DNA of 64,000 bases, taken from an uncultured Verrucomicrobiae bacterium. GTDB taxonomy: Bacteria; Verrucomicrobiota; Verrucomicrobiia; Chthoniobacterales; JAFAMB01. The notes under the pieces are model-generated. The model had not been told where the DNA came from and did no database searches. It saw nothing but the letters and a program-made list of their open reading frames with translations. The first letter of the stretch is position 1. Each line of letters starts with the position of its first letter. This document shows, piece after piece, positions 10,869 through 22,358 of this stretch. A program made the position numbers and the translations under genes. The stretch lies in contig CAWAIK010000004.1 of the NCBI GenBank assembly GCA_963782115.1, positions 32,001-96,000 on the forward strand, read 5' to 3'.

Positions 10869-11481
10869 CTATTTGCTCAGTCTGAACAGACACCGCTGTG
10901 CGCCATTGCGAATACACGCCTCCCGCACGGGCGCGCCAATGATTTCTGCCAACAACGTCGCGGCGACGACAGAGGCCAGCGGACAACTGAAGCCTCGGAT
11001 GACGAATATCATCACGCGTGTCCTCCAGCTCCGCCAAGCCACCGAGATCCTGCAAGACGTCAACTGCGATTTTCAGACGCTTTCGAAGCTCGGCCTCCCT
11101 CGAGACCGTGGAAAGCGGAGCCCGAACGCCCGCAAGACGCAGACCAACGTCGCGCAACAGTTCGCCTTTCTCTGCTGGGGTGATTCGTGATTCCAGCGAA
11201 TGGAGGAGCTGGTTGAAAAGCAGATCATAAGCCTTAGGAAAAAGCTGTCCGGCTTCCGACGTAAGAGAGTAGAGCACCTCCGGTTTACGCACGGCCGTCC
11301 GCTTGCCCGACTGCCTGACAAGTCCATCACGTTCCAAGGTCGAAAGATGTGACCGGACCGCGTTGTCAGTCAGGTTTAGAGCCTCGGCCAACTCGTTGAC
11401 GGTCGCCTCGCCTCGGCGCAGGAGTTGCACGACCTGGCCGCGCGTGCTGGAGAGAAAGCGATTACTCCAATGTTCCATCAT
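10869..11481 (-). pseudogene. HTH metalloregulator (COG2345/SufR-like), frameshift near 11010
   Basis: TRGQVVQLLRR..TVNELAEALNLTDNAVRSHLSTLERDGLV; C-terminal SCPL..C..C lies in another frame. Confidence 0.75.
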
Positions 11482-11631
11482 ACCTTCCATCAGCCCGAGA
11501 CCGAAGAAGAAGAACAACAACTTGCCGAGGAGCCTTTGGGCGATTGCTCGGGCCGCCACTGCCGCCCGCATGCGCTGGACTCCATTTAAAATCGTTCCGT
11601 AATCCGATGTCTTGCTTCAAGGAGTCTCGAG

Positions 11632-11895
11632 ATGGATAGTTGTTCAACTGTGAAAATAACTCTCTACAAAAAGGCAGGATGTCCTTGGTCAGCCGCAATC
11701 ATAGGCTTCTTGAACGAGCTAAACATTCCTTACGAGATAAAGAATGTGACGAGCAATCCTGCTTACGCAGAGGAATTAAAGGCGGCATCGGGACAGTGCA
11801 TGAGTCCAAGCCTCGATATTGATGGCACGATGCTGGCGGATGCCAGTGTGGAGGATGTGGCAAAGATTCTTGAAGAAAGAGGGATAATTATTTAG
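11632..11895 (+). CDS. Glutaredoxin-like protein (CPWS)
   Basis: ITLYKKAGCPWS...SGQCMSPSLDIDG. Confidence 0.85.
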   Translation: MDSCSTVKITLYKKAGCPWSAAIIGFLNELNIPYEIKNVTSNPAYAEELKAASGQCMSPSLDIDGTMLADASVEDVAKILEERGIII

Positions 11896-11993
11896 AACGA
11901 CCCACTTATGCCCGGTGCACTATCGTTTGGATAATGGGTATTGGCAGCCATGTTGCGCTCCTCGGATAGTATGAGGCCCCTAAGATTAAGAAT

Positions 11994-12509
11994 CTAAGAC
12001 TCGCCACCGGCTCGTTTCACTTCTGTCAATTCTTTCACGCGGATCGCCGCAGGGCCCCGGATTGGAAAATGCATCAGATAAACTCTCGAGCCGCCGATCT
12101 CCGTCTGCCAGCCCCAATCGCATTTGCGGCTGTTGTAAAATGTTTTGAACGCGATCTTTCCGATGAAGCAAACCACTTTCGGCCGGTAGGTCCGAATGAT
12201 TCGTAACGCCCGTCTTACACCTGCCTGCTCCTCGCCTTTTTTCAGTTCGGTCACGTCTATCGTGGGCCGATCCACGAGATTCACAAAATTCAGCCCGTAT
12301 TCCGGCAGGAACTTTTCGTCATAGATTCCCTTGAGCAATTGGTCGTTTTTCAGATCCTTTTCTGCTTCCTGAAGTAAACCGACCCGGTTCAGCAGATACC
12401 AAAACATCTTGTTATTCGAAAAGGGCACGCCGCGCCGGTAAGAACCGGGATGCGGATTTATGCCCACAAATAGGATTCTTGCATTTTTTGATATTTTGTA
12501 GGCGATCAT
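11994..12509 (-). CDS. mug: Mismatch-specific uracil-DNA glycosylase (MUG/TDG family)
   Basis: ILFVGINP, NKMFW, GLNFVNLVDRPT, YRPKVVCFIGK. Confidence 0.8.
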   Translation of the reverse strand: MIAYKISKNARILFVGINPHPGSYRRGVPFSNNKMFWYLLNRVGLLQEAEKDLKNDQLLKGIYDEKFLPEYGLNFVNLVDRPTIDVTELKKGEEQAGVRRALRIIRTYRPKVVCFIGKIAFKTFYNSRKCDWGWQTEIGGSRVYLMHFPIRGPAAIRVKELTEVKRAGGES

Positions 12510-13120
12510 CGGTGGGATCGTTCTGTCTTGAGGGGCCCCGACCGATGGCGTTTAGGCGAGGCTTTTTTTTGAGGTATCTGCGAATCTTGGGCCGGATAGG
12601 TAACAGTGGTGCCGCACGCTTTGGCAAATGGCGTAAGAGTGTGAATCCGACGGCGAGTTGGACTCATGATGTCCTCGGTGCGAATATTGCGAACGGTCAA
12701 GGCGTCTGCGATGAGGGAACGATGGCAGCGCCATGACACCGCTTCGGCGCACATCAATGCGATCCGGCCCTGGTTTGCCAACCGGATCAATTCTTCGAGG
12801 CTCTCCGCAAATTCCGGGGTCTGCATGTAATCCGCATAACCTCGAAAGGATGCATTTCGCCAGCCCAGGTTGAGCGAATCGCGTTTGGCATGACGCAGCC
12901 CGCCCAGTCCCGGCCTGTGAACGTACTGCAAGCCAGCTTTCTTCAACGAGTCTGGCAACGAATCCTTATTGAACTGTGGGTTGTGCCGAGAGCGCGGTAC
13001 CGTCCGCACATCTACCACGCGCGTCACGCCATGCGCCTGAAGAAGACCGATGAACTCCTCGAGCGTGCGTGTGGAATGTCCAATCGTTAGCACGATTGGC
13101 GAAGGTTCTGCCCGTGGCAT
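12506..13120 (-). CDS. DUF488 family protein (TIGHS subfamily)
   Basis: LTIGHSTR..VDVRTVPRSRHNPQFN..MCAEAVSWRCHRSLIAD; stop overlaps the glycosylase start. Confidence 0.9.
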   Translation of the reverse strand: MPRAEPSPIVLTIGHSTRTLEEFIGLLQAHGVTRVVDVRTVPRSRHNPQFNKDSLPDSLKKAGLQYVHRPGLGGLRHAKRDSLNLGWRNASFRGYADYMQTPEFAESLEELIRLANQGRIALMCAEAVSWRCHRSLIADALTVRNIRTEDIMSPTRRRIHTLTPFAKACGTTVTYPAQDSQIPQKKASPKRHRSGPLKTERSHR

Positions 13121-13264
13121 TCTTTTTGTTCGAAGACCGGATGTCTTGATACTAACCTGCCTTCGCGATCTCCACTCAGATTCTGTATTAACCAATGCGG
13201 CTCGAATACCTCGTTACTTCGCGGAACTCGATGCGCTCGATAATCTGAGAAAACTTCGTGACCG

Positions 13265-13585
13265 CTAAAATCGTTCGCAAGTCTTCCATATGAACACGAT
13301 CAAAGCGATGAAAGCGGTGACACACACCGCCAGCCAGAAGTTGCGCCATCCAAGTACTGTCCAATCGATCACGGTCGTCAAAATGGCAGCGAGGGCGAAA
13401 ATGGTTCCAGACAAAGCGGCCAGTATGAGTTGGCTCATGATGGCCTTTTCTCTGGTTGCCGTTTCCGAGAGTGCCTCAAAATCTACAAGAGGGCTTTGAA
13501 CTCTAGCGACTTTACTCGCTTTAACATTCGCGCCATACGGCGCGCTTATTTCACGAGCGCGATTCGTAGAAATAGAAACATTCAT
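13265..13585 (-). CDS. Small two-TM membrane protein (start uncertain)
   Basis: Two hydrophobic segments in the C-terminal half. Confidence 0.45.
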   Translation of the reverse strand: MNVSISTNRAREISAPYGANVKASKVARVQSPLVDFEALSETATREKAIMSQLILAALSGTIFALAAILTTVIDWTVLGWRNFWLAVCVTAFIALIVFIWKTCERF

Positions 13586-13639
13586 ATTATATACATGTAT
13601 TAGAATGCGGTAATAAGCAAGATATAAAATACATGTTTT
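13577..13639. promoter_or_regulatory. Second NsrR-type operator pair, homologous to 10276-10338
   Basis: AACATTCATATTATATACATGTA...AAGCAAGATATAAAATACATGTTT with essentially the same spacing as the first copy. Confidence 0.65.
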
Positions 13640-13744
13640 ATGGAATTAGGGCCTATAACTCTGGATCAAAGTCCGCTCTATACGCAAATCCGCGTTCAGA
13701 ATGGCGGCGCGCGCATGGCGCTTCTGGTGAGGATCGGCTTTCCG

Positions 13745-13960
13745 CGCCACGATCGGCGCATCAGCCACATTTTCACGAGTTGTGTCAGGATCACGTAGCA
13801 GAGCAGCGTGAGGAAAAGGATTGGCCAATATAGCGGTGGCAGATGAGTGAAGCCTAATGTTGCGGCCAATGGCGAATACGGCAACCACATGCCGATGCAC
13901 ATGATCAAGACTGTGGTGACAGTAAGCGCCCAACTGGCACGGCCCTCAATAATAGGCGGC
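13745..13960 (-). pseudogene. mgtA: C-terminal fragment of a Mg2+-transporting P-type ATPase
   Basis: RASWAL..IGMWLPYSPLAATLGFTHLPPLYWPIL..YVILTQLVKMW. Confidence 0.8.
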
Positions 13961-14130
13961 TCGTGTATTGACGTTGCGTATCGGGACCGTAAAAAACTCG
14001 AAGAACTTTCTCCTGGTTGACGGGCCGGCGCGTTCGATGAGAATTGGAGCTGGGAAAGTTTGGGCTGCAACGACGGCAAGTTCGGAGTCCGACATTGCCC
14101 TAAAATGCTACACTAAAGGGTCCCCTTTTG

Positions 14131-14158
14131 ACCAGTCATAAAAGGGGTTATGACGGGC
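14131..14158. other. dif/Xer-like tyrosine-recombinase site (11-6-11)
   Basis: ACCAGTCATAA-AAGGGG-TTATGACGGGC; CATAA-N6-TTATG core. Confidence 0.5.
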
Positions 14159-14188
14159 TAAAGTTAGCCAAAGGCTAAGTTTTCTCCC

Positions 14189-14369
14189 TGTGATTTGGGA
14201 AATTATTTTGCGTGATTTTTGGTGCGATATTTTGCGCCCTATGGTCACGCCTTACCGCCGCTCGAATGCGAATGACCGAGCTTGAGAATCTGAATCCCCG
14301 CCTCTTCGAAGCCTCCGACCACGCAATTTACCGGACAAGAAAAAGCGCAAAATAATTTCCCAAATCACA
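14189..14369. mobile_element. 181-bp element with perfect 24-bp TIRs starting TGT and ending ACA
   Basis: TGTGATTTGGGAAATTATTTTGCG (14189-14212) and its exact reverse complement (14346-14369); no target duplication seen. Confidence 0.65.
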
Positions 14370-14508
14370 TTCAACCTGTTGATTCTTTGGGCGATATTTT
14401 GCGCGCTGAAAGTTGGGGCAGTACTTTTCGCAATCGTCTGCAGCTGGCACGAAATTATTCCTGAAGTCATGGAGAAATTCCACCGGACTGATTCGGTTTG
14501 CATCGTTT

Positions 14509-17500
14509 TCAGAGCGTACCTTCAAGTTCGAGCAGGTGGAGTTGGCCAGTAGCGTCTCCAGCGGCAAATCTTTTGGCGGTAGGATGGCAGGTGACTGATA
14601 GCACGGATGCGCCAGCCCAATACTCACAAATCTCACGGCCATTGGAGCTATCCCATATCTTTAAAAACCGGTCTTCCGAGCCGGAGAGAACATGTTTTCC
14701 GTCTGTAGAGAAGGCGCAGGCTAATACCGAGCCTTTGTGCCCAGTGAGATCGCACTGCGGTTGACTACTGCTCATGTCCCACAGTTTGAGGGTCTTGTCC
14801 ATGGAGGCCGAGACGATCTGTAATCCATCCGGAGAAAAGGCGCAGGCGCGGATCGCGCAAGGGGGTGTGCCATGCCCGGTCAGCGTGAGCAATTCCGAAC
14901 CAGTATGCACATTCCATACTTTTAGAATGCCGTCCTCGCTGCCGGAGACGAGCCGGGAGCCGTCCGGTGAAATAGTACAGCTGCTCACCAGATCCTGGTG
15001 TCCAACCAGCGTCCAAAGAAGTTCACCGCCTGCCGTCTTCCATATCTTGAGAGTCTTATCCTGTGCACACGAAACAATCCCCTTACCCTCAGAGGAGAAT
15101 AAGACAAATTGCACCCAGCCCTCGTGTCCTGTAAGTGTGGTCAGCAGGGCACCGGTTTCTGCATTCCACAGCCTCACCGTCTTGTCCCACGCGCCCGAGA
15201 CGATTTGCTTTCCATCCGGCGAAAAGGCGCAGCTTATCACCGGTCCTGTGTGACCGGTCAGCGTTGCGAGCGCTCTCCCCGACGCAACCTCCCACAATCG
15301 GAGTGTGCAATCCGCAGAGGCGGATATGAGCTGCCTGCCGTCCGGCGAGAAGGCGCAGGCGCGGACCGCGTCCTCATGGCCGCGAAGAATGTACTGCATC
15401 TTTCCACTGCCGTTGTCCCACAGCTTCAGCGCGTGCCGGTGGGAAGCCGAGACGATGCGCCTCTGGTCCTGGGAAAAGGCGCACGCGATCACGGAATCGG
15501 CAGGCCCGAGAAGGTATCCTAGTGGAGCGCCGGTTTGCGCGTCCCAGAGCCGCACGGTCCCGTCGATGCCGGTCGAGAGGATCCGCTTACCGTCAGGAGA
15601 GAAACGGGCATCCTGAAGCGTGTTCGTGTGCCCGATCAGTGTGACCGGTTCGTCCGGTCGCTCCAGATCCCAAACCTTCACGTGTGATCCCAGGAAGAAG
15701 AGACCACGCGCTTACCGTCCGGAGAGAAATTGCAAGAATCCACCTGCACCTTGTGTGCGGCAAGGTGCTTAAGTTCGCCCCGCGTCGCCACGTCCCAAAT
15801 TTTCAATGATCCATCGCTCGAAGCCGAGACCAGGCGGATGCCATCCGGCGACAAGTCGCAATACCGTAATCCCGAATGTCCGGCAAAAGAGCCAGCCGAC
15901 GTTTCCAGGGCCACATCCCATATAACCAGCCTTCCATCTTGAAAGCCCCCGATGATCCACTTGCCATCGGGTGCCATGGCGCAGGTTTGAAAAGGGTGTT
16001 CTTCCTCCCCACGCCAAGCGCATCGTGGTAGTACGCCTGTGTCGCTTTTCTCCCATACCTGGATTCTATCGGGCGAGCAGGAAACAAGCAGCTTGCCGTC
16101 CCGAGAAAACGCGCAGTCCAGGATTTTTTTCATCCCCGGCAGCACAGGGCCTTCCCTCTGTTCCACAGTGTCGAACAGCTTCAAAGACCCGTCCCACGCG
16201 CCCGACAGGATCCATCTCCCGTCCGGTAAAAATTTGCAGACAAGGATCCACTCCCGATGAAGATCGAAAGTCCCCAGTGCTGAGCCAGTCGCGGCGTCCC
16301 ATAGCTTAACGTTGCCATCCGCCAATCCTGCAGCGTAATACGCTCCATCCGGGGAACAGCTACAGGCGCTGATCGGTCTTCCGAGCGAAGCAGCCTTTCC
16401 CTTCGTAGACTCGACGGGCATCTGCTGGGAGTTGCGCTCGGCCTGCGCCTGCTCCGCGGTCTTCAGATCCCACACCTTCAACGTTGAGTCCCATGCGGCC
16501 GACACGATGCGTGTTCCGTCCGGGAAAAAGGCAAGCCCCCAGATCTGGTCCGTGTGGCCCGTCATTTTCGCCAGTTCTGCGCCCGTCGCGATATCCCAAA
16601 GCCTGATACTGCCGTCGTCCGATCCGGACGCAAGTCTGGTTCCGTCCTTGGAGACCGCCAGACACCAGACCGGCTTTTCATGACCTGCATAGGTTTTTCG
16701 GAGTTCACGCGTCCCGGCATCCCAGTGCTTCAAAGTGCAGTCTTCAGAAGCCGAAAAGACTGACTTGCCATCTCGGGAAAAGGCGCAGCTCATGACAGGC
16801 AGCTCATGGCCGTCGAAAGGTTTGAGTTTCTCGCCGGTTGCCGCGTCCCACAGCTTGAGACCGCCATCTCCGCCGCCCGACACGATAAGCTTGTCGTCCG
16901 GCGAGAATTCGCAGGAGTAAACTTCGCCCGCGTGCCCGCTCAGGGTGTGAAGCTCGGATCCTGTTTCCGCGTTCCAGATCTTGAGCGTGTTGTCCCCCGA
17001 ACTCGAGACCACCCGTCGTCCGTCGAGAGAGAACTTGCAGGTTGCAACGCCATCACGATGCCCCGGAAACGAGCGCAATTCATTCCCGGAAACCGCGTCC
17101 CACAGCTTGATCTCACCATTCCGGGCTCCGGAGATGATGCTCTTTCCGTCCGGAGAAAAGGAGCAGGTCTCCACCGATATGCTGTGCCCGCGCAACGTAA
17201 GTAGGTCTCTTCCATTGGCAACGTCCCAGATTTTGAGCTCCTTATCGGAGGAGGCTGAGACGATCCGTTTGCCGTCGGGGGAGACGTCGCAGCTGTTAAC
17301 CACATCGCTGTGCCCGAACAGCGTAAGTACGCAGGGCGAGATAGTTTGCGGTTTGTTGAGCCAACGAAAGCGTGGGCGAGTTTCGCGTTCAGCGAGATCG
17401 CCCGCTGTCCGGGCCTGCGCGGTCGAATCAGGCTCATTAAGTGCTTGCTGGAAGGTAAGGGCGGGATGCGCCGCCAGCAGATGGCTCTGCGCATGTAAAA

Positions 17501-20429
17501 AACGCGCAAAGTCCCCGAGACGCGCCTGTTGATCTTCCCGCAGTATCCCCGATTCGAGCGCGGCGTCATAATCTGCCAGCAGGTCATCAATGAGGCCCGC
17601 CGTGCATTTGGCTTCGATGAATGAAAGGTCGCAAAGCGTGTTTTCAAGTTCGTCCGGCATTCTGGCCTTTCGCAGTTGATACGGCAGTTCGGATAACTTA
17701 CGCAGATTGAGACTCAATCTGCCAGCACTGTCGAACTGCAGCTGTTGCTGCAAAAAATATTCCGCCAGTGCACTATGACGCCTTATTTCGGTTGCTTCAT
17801 CGAGATAGACTTTTGCCACAACCTCGCTGAATTGCTGATGGAAGAACGCAAGCAGCGAGGTGCCGTCGGCGCTTCGTTCACTCAGATAATTTTCTAGATC
17901 GTAGAATAACCGGGACCAGATCACTACCGGCAATCGGTCGGTCTTCGGAGACTTCGGAAATCTACGGCGAAAATCCTCCATGACGCATGCATCCTCTGAA
18001 AGGACATCGGTTAGTTCGTCTTCTGTTAGCCCGTTCTTCGCAGCCGCCAAAAAACCAAGACTGGCGGAAACCAGCGATCGCCCGTGCTTGGCAGGTCGTG
18101 AAAGGCGCTCGAAGAGGCCCTGCACGAGGCCTGGGATGTGGTTTTCCAAATCACGTGGCCCATCGCCTGACCGCCAGCGTCGCGCTTCTTCGAAAGCCAA
18201 TTTCAGATAAAGTGGCAGCGGTGCGCGTTCGAACCCTTCGAGCACTTTTGCGCGCTGTAGAGGCTGCAGCGTGCGTTTGGCTTGGGATAACAGCCTGCTG
18301 AGCAAGTCGCCTCCCTCGTCAGATGGCATATTGCTAAGTTGAAGAAGATCGTCTTTTGCCAGTTGCCTTTCCAACACAGCATAACCAGGCGAGTCCGATA
18401 ACATAGAAACGACGAGTCGAACGTTTGAACCGAGTTTAATCGGGAGCCAATTCAAGCTGCGCGCGTTGTTCACGTCGGAAAGCCGGTCTAACGCATCGAG
18501 GAAAAGGTACAATGGGTTGTCAGCCGGGATTTTTGTCAGCTGGTCTGAAAACTCCTGACTTAGCTGGACGTAATGCGGAAGGTTATCCGTTGGAACAGTT
18601 CGTTCCATTCGGTAGGCTCTTGAAATCTGGCCGCATAAACTTTCCAGCAAAGCCCGTCCATGCGTTGATTCCGGCGTCACCCCGATAAACCGGGAGATGA
18701 CTTGGGCTTGAGGATGTTCTCTTTGCGCAAGTGCGCCTTGCGCAAGTGCGCCAGCCCGCGCCATTAGAGTGGATTTGCCGCTGCCGGATGCGCCGCACAC
18801 TGCCAGGGGAGGCCTTTCCGCTTTCAAGTAAGCGCCAATTTTTTCCAACACCTCTGTCCGTCCGAGCAAGTCGCTTCCCTGGTCAGATGGCATATTGCTA
18901 AGTTGAAGAAGATCGTCTTTTGCCAGTTGCCTTTCCAACACAGCATAACCCGGCGAGTCCGATAATATAGAAACGATGAGTCGAACGTTTGAACCGAGTT
19001 CAATCGGGAGCCAATTCAAGCTGCGCGCGTTATTCACGTCGGAAAGCCGGTCTAGCGCATCGAGGAAAAGAAACAGCGGCTTGTCAGCCGGGATTTTTGT
19101 CAGCTGGACTGAAAACTCTTGAATCAACTCGACGTAGTCCGTTGGAATAGTGCGTCCCATTCCGTAGTCATTGGAAATCTGGCCGCATAAACTTTCCAGC
19201 AAAGCCCGTCCATGCGTTGATTCCGGCGTCACCCCGATAAACCGGGAGATGACTTGGGCTTGAGGATGTTCTCTTTGCGCAAGTGCGCCAGCCCCCGCCA
19301 TTAGAGTGGATTTGCCGCTGCCGGATGCGCCGCACACTGCCAGGGGAGGCCGGGGAGGCCTTTCCGCTTTTAAGTAAGCGTCAATTTTTTCCAACGCCTC
19401 TGTCCGTCCGGTGAATAGCCTTTCGTCGGCGCGGCTATGGAGGAAATCGCTGTGATGCTTTATTTCTGGGTCCAGAAGGTCCGCTTCCACCGGCTCCAGC
19501 TCGCAGCGGATAATTCCGGCGAGAGAGTCGTAGAAATCCTGGCAGAAGTTCGGCTGGGGCTTGCGTTGCGCGACTTTGCTTTGCGCAGATAGGGCGCTCC
19601 CTTCGTTCTTATCAGCGACCGCGCCGATGTGATCGGCGGTGACTCCCTCCCCTGTCCAATCCACGAGATATTCGTGGATATTAGCCTCGGGAAGACACCT
19701 ACGAAGTTCTTCCTTCAGGCGCTTCAAACGCAAGCAGGCTGAAACGTCATCTTCTTGACACCCTTGGAACCGAACCGGTTGAAGGTTACGAATAGTGCGG
19801 AAAAAAGCATGGACATCTTTGCCGGTGTCTTCTCTCAAAAATACTCCGCAAGCGATTTCTTGCTCGGTGGCGGAAGAGCCCAATTTTAGGATCTCGGCCC
19901 CATCAAGAGAGAGGCTGGAGCAGGCCTGTTGAAAAATCGCAAGCACTACCTGCTCATTTTGCTCCCATACTTTTGGGTCTCTGTGCTTCCCGTTCCGTGG
20001 CTTCAGCCAGTACACAGGCGGCAGAGCGTTATCGTCGCGATCATACCTTTCGTGGAGCAAGGCTAGCTCATCAGCTCCGATTCGCTCCTTCAGCTGGTTA
20101 CAGATTTTCTCGAAAAGACGGTCGGGGATTTCGTCAGGCACCGGGCGCCAGCCATAGCGGTCTCCCAAAAGAATGACAAAATTCGGGCGGGAAGTGGCTC
20201 TCTGGCAACGGGCGATCTCTTCCAAACAGATATTCATAGTCTGCTGCTCATGCGCGGCTTCATCACTTACTCCCCATCGCAAATCAATTGCTTGAAAATG
20301 CGCTCCGTGAAGCCGGCACAACTCGCGCAGCTTCGGAAAGACCAACCTTTGCAGCGCGTCTCGCTCCGCTTTAAAATCGCTAAACGTAGAACTGACAAAC
20401 ACGCGGAATGTCTTGTTAGTTGAGAGCAT
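14509..20429 (-). CDS. DUF4062-NACHT-NACHT-WD40 STAND protein (NWD1/TEP1-like), about 1970 aa, split by one frameshift near 15680
   Basis: FRVFVSSTFSDFKAERD, IDLRWGV, LGDRYGW; two GASGSGKS/LFLDALD sets; about 20 GH..WD repeats; the WDHT*/MKVWDL junction needs one extra base to read through. Confidence 0.9.
18301..19409 (-). repeat. In-frame tandem duplication (about 550 bp x2) of the NACHT module
   Basis: GRTEALEKI...QGSDLL followed by GRTEVLEKI...EGGDLL; highly similar DNA with substitutions and in-frame indels. Confidence 0.9.
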
Positions 20430-20745
20430 ACCAATACCTTACTTTCCTATGATGGCCGTCCGCATCCTTCCCAGAGATTGCCGCCAGAATGGCCGATCAG
20501 TTTCGGCACAGATTGAGACTAACTCAATATAGCGAGCAGTCGGGATGAATGCCTCCGGATATAACACTTGTGTCGCACGCATCTCCGCTCTGTTCAGGCT
20601 CTGCATTCAGATAACGGCTGCTTGCTTGTGTGAGAGCTAATCGCATCCATTGGAGACCAAAAACTTCTAGCGCGAGGATCGATGGACGCATCTATTTTTT
20701 CTTTTCGTCGAGCGCCGTGCTACGGTTTACAGGCAGCTTCTAGCA

Positions 20746-22047
20746 TTAAACCTGATCGCCAGGAAGATGATTGAAGGCTTTGCGAATCAAAGCACGTTCA
20801 TTAGCACTTGGCTTCAGCTTCTCCATAAGCCGGCAGGCCTGTTTCCAAGTCGTTGCATGCGATCCAACTTCCGAACGCGCTGTAGCTACGGCTGCATCAT
20901 AAACACGCCCCGCCTCTTGATACTTCTTTTGAATCAGGAATAGCTCGGCGACCGTCGCCGTGGCCCAATAGTCGCCAGGATGCGGTTCCGTACCGACGAT
21001 ACGCTGCACCATTTGAGCGTATTGCGCCGCGCACGCCAAATCCTCGTCATTTCCTAAGAACACGCTTTTTGCCGCAGCATTGATCCCAGTATAGTAGTCA
21101 TCTTTGGCTCGATCGAACGCCTCGACATAGAGATCTCGTGACTGCTTTAGATCGTTCACGTCGCCCGATTGTTCGTAGCGATCCATCCACGTCCTGCCGT
21201 AAATTCCAAGGGTCTCAGGATCGCGCTCGCCTTGGTAGTAAAGTTCGCCCAAAACCTCCTGTGCTGTCGTTAGGTCTCCTGGCGCCCCCCGCCTGGCCAG
21301 AGACAAAGCACGCAATTGCTTGGGGCGTATGGCCTTTGGAAAGCGTCGCTCGAGCTCTTCCACTACAGAGAGAGCCTTGTCATGATGAGCGAGTTTGGTT
21401 AGACCATCTACGACTTTGCATCCCAAAGCTGCCGCAGTTTCCCACGCTAACCCACCCTCTTTAAATAGTTGGACCAAGCGATCAGGATCTCGATTCTTAA
21501 TCGCTGCCCCGATTTTCGTACCTGCGTTTTGTGCTGTTTCGTCCTGTTGATGAGCAAAATGTACGGCTTCTTGGCTCAAAGGGAGCCCCACCAAGGCATG
21601 GAGGAGCCGCAAAAGCTCACCACCATTCGGCCCATCTGGATACGAACTGAAGTCGAGGAAGACGCGGCTTTCTACAAACTCTGGGAGTTCAGATGTATCG
21701 AGCTTAACCGGAACGAATTGAAAACCCTTCTTTTTGGTCGCCTGCCGTTCTAGTACCTGGTACTCACGCCTAACCCAGTCAGAATCCCTAGTAGCTGATG
21801 ACCAGACGAGCACCCCGGCCTGGCTCGTGCGGAGCGCGTCCTCAAGTCTGGTCTCTAACTCATCTCCCGCCTTTAGGGCGCATTGATCCAGAAAGACTCT
21901 GTGCCCTTGATGCCGCAGGACATCGTACAGGTTAAGCACCCAAGCTCTATTCACAGAGCGGTAGGAAAGAAAAACGTTCCACTGATCGACTCCAGTCAGT
22001 TCCATCGGCTTCGGCGCGAAGCTTATCCATTGCTCTGGAAGGCTCAT
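20746..22047 (-). CDS. TIR domain plus TPR-sensor (DUF4071/MAP3K TRAF-binding-like) protein, copy 1
   Basis: VFLSYRS..VFLDQ..SDWVRRE (TIR Glu); DPETLGIYGRTW, DYYTGINAA, DYWATATVAE. Confidence 0.85.
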   Translation of the reverse strand: MSLPEQWISFAPKPMELTGVDQWNVFLSYRSVNRAWVLNLYDVLRHQGHRVFLDQCALKAGDELETRLEDALRTSQAGVLVWSSATRDSDWVRREYQVLERQATKKKGFQFVPVKLDTSELPEFVESRVFLDFSSYPDGPNGGELLRLLHALVGLPLSQEAVHFAHQQDETAQNAGTKIGAAIKNRDPDRLVQLFKEGGLAWETAAALGCKVVDGLTKLAHHDKALSVVEELERRFPKAIRPKQLRALSLARRGAPGDLTTAQEVLGELYYQGERDPETLGIYGRTWMDRYEQSGDVNDLKQSRDLYVEAFDRAKDDYYTGINAAAKSVFLGNDEDLACAAQYAQMVQRIVGTEPHPGDYWATATVAELFLIQKKYQEAGRVYDAAVATARSEVGSHATTWKQACRLMEKLKPSANERALIRKAFNHLPGDQV

Positions 22048-22358
22048 AACTTGGTTGATGGAAAAGGCGTCTCCCACCAAGGTTTCCGGTTTAATCCATT
22101 AAAGGTGATGGGATCTTATTACTCCGGACGTTAAGAAACAATAACCCGTTCGGGTAAGTTCGGATAGTTCATTTACTACAAAAACCAGCCAAGATCCTAT
22201 GCACGAATCCGACTCACAACGATCGCTACGTTCATTTTTCGGGCTGTCGACTCGATAACGTCGGCCCGACACCATCGCCTTCCGAAGTTGGATGCGTTGA
22301 ACCGCTGGAGGAAACGCGCTAGCCTGACTGCTGAGATTCGTGGAAAGTAAGGCGCCTC

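Noticed and set aside
14509..15681. A separate WD40 gene
   Set aside because: It starts mid-repeat; one missing base near 15680 explains the split, which may be a sequencing error.
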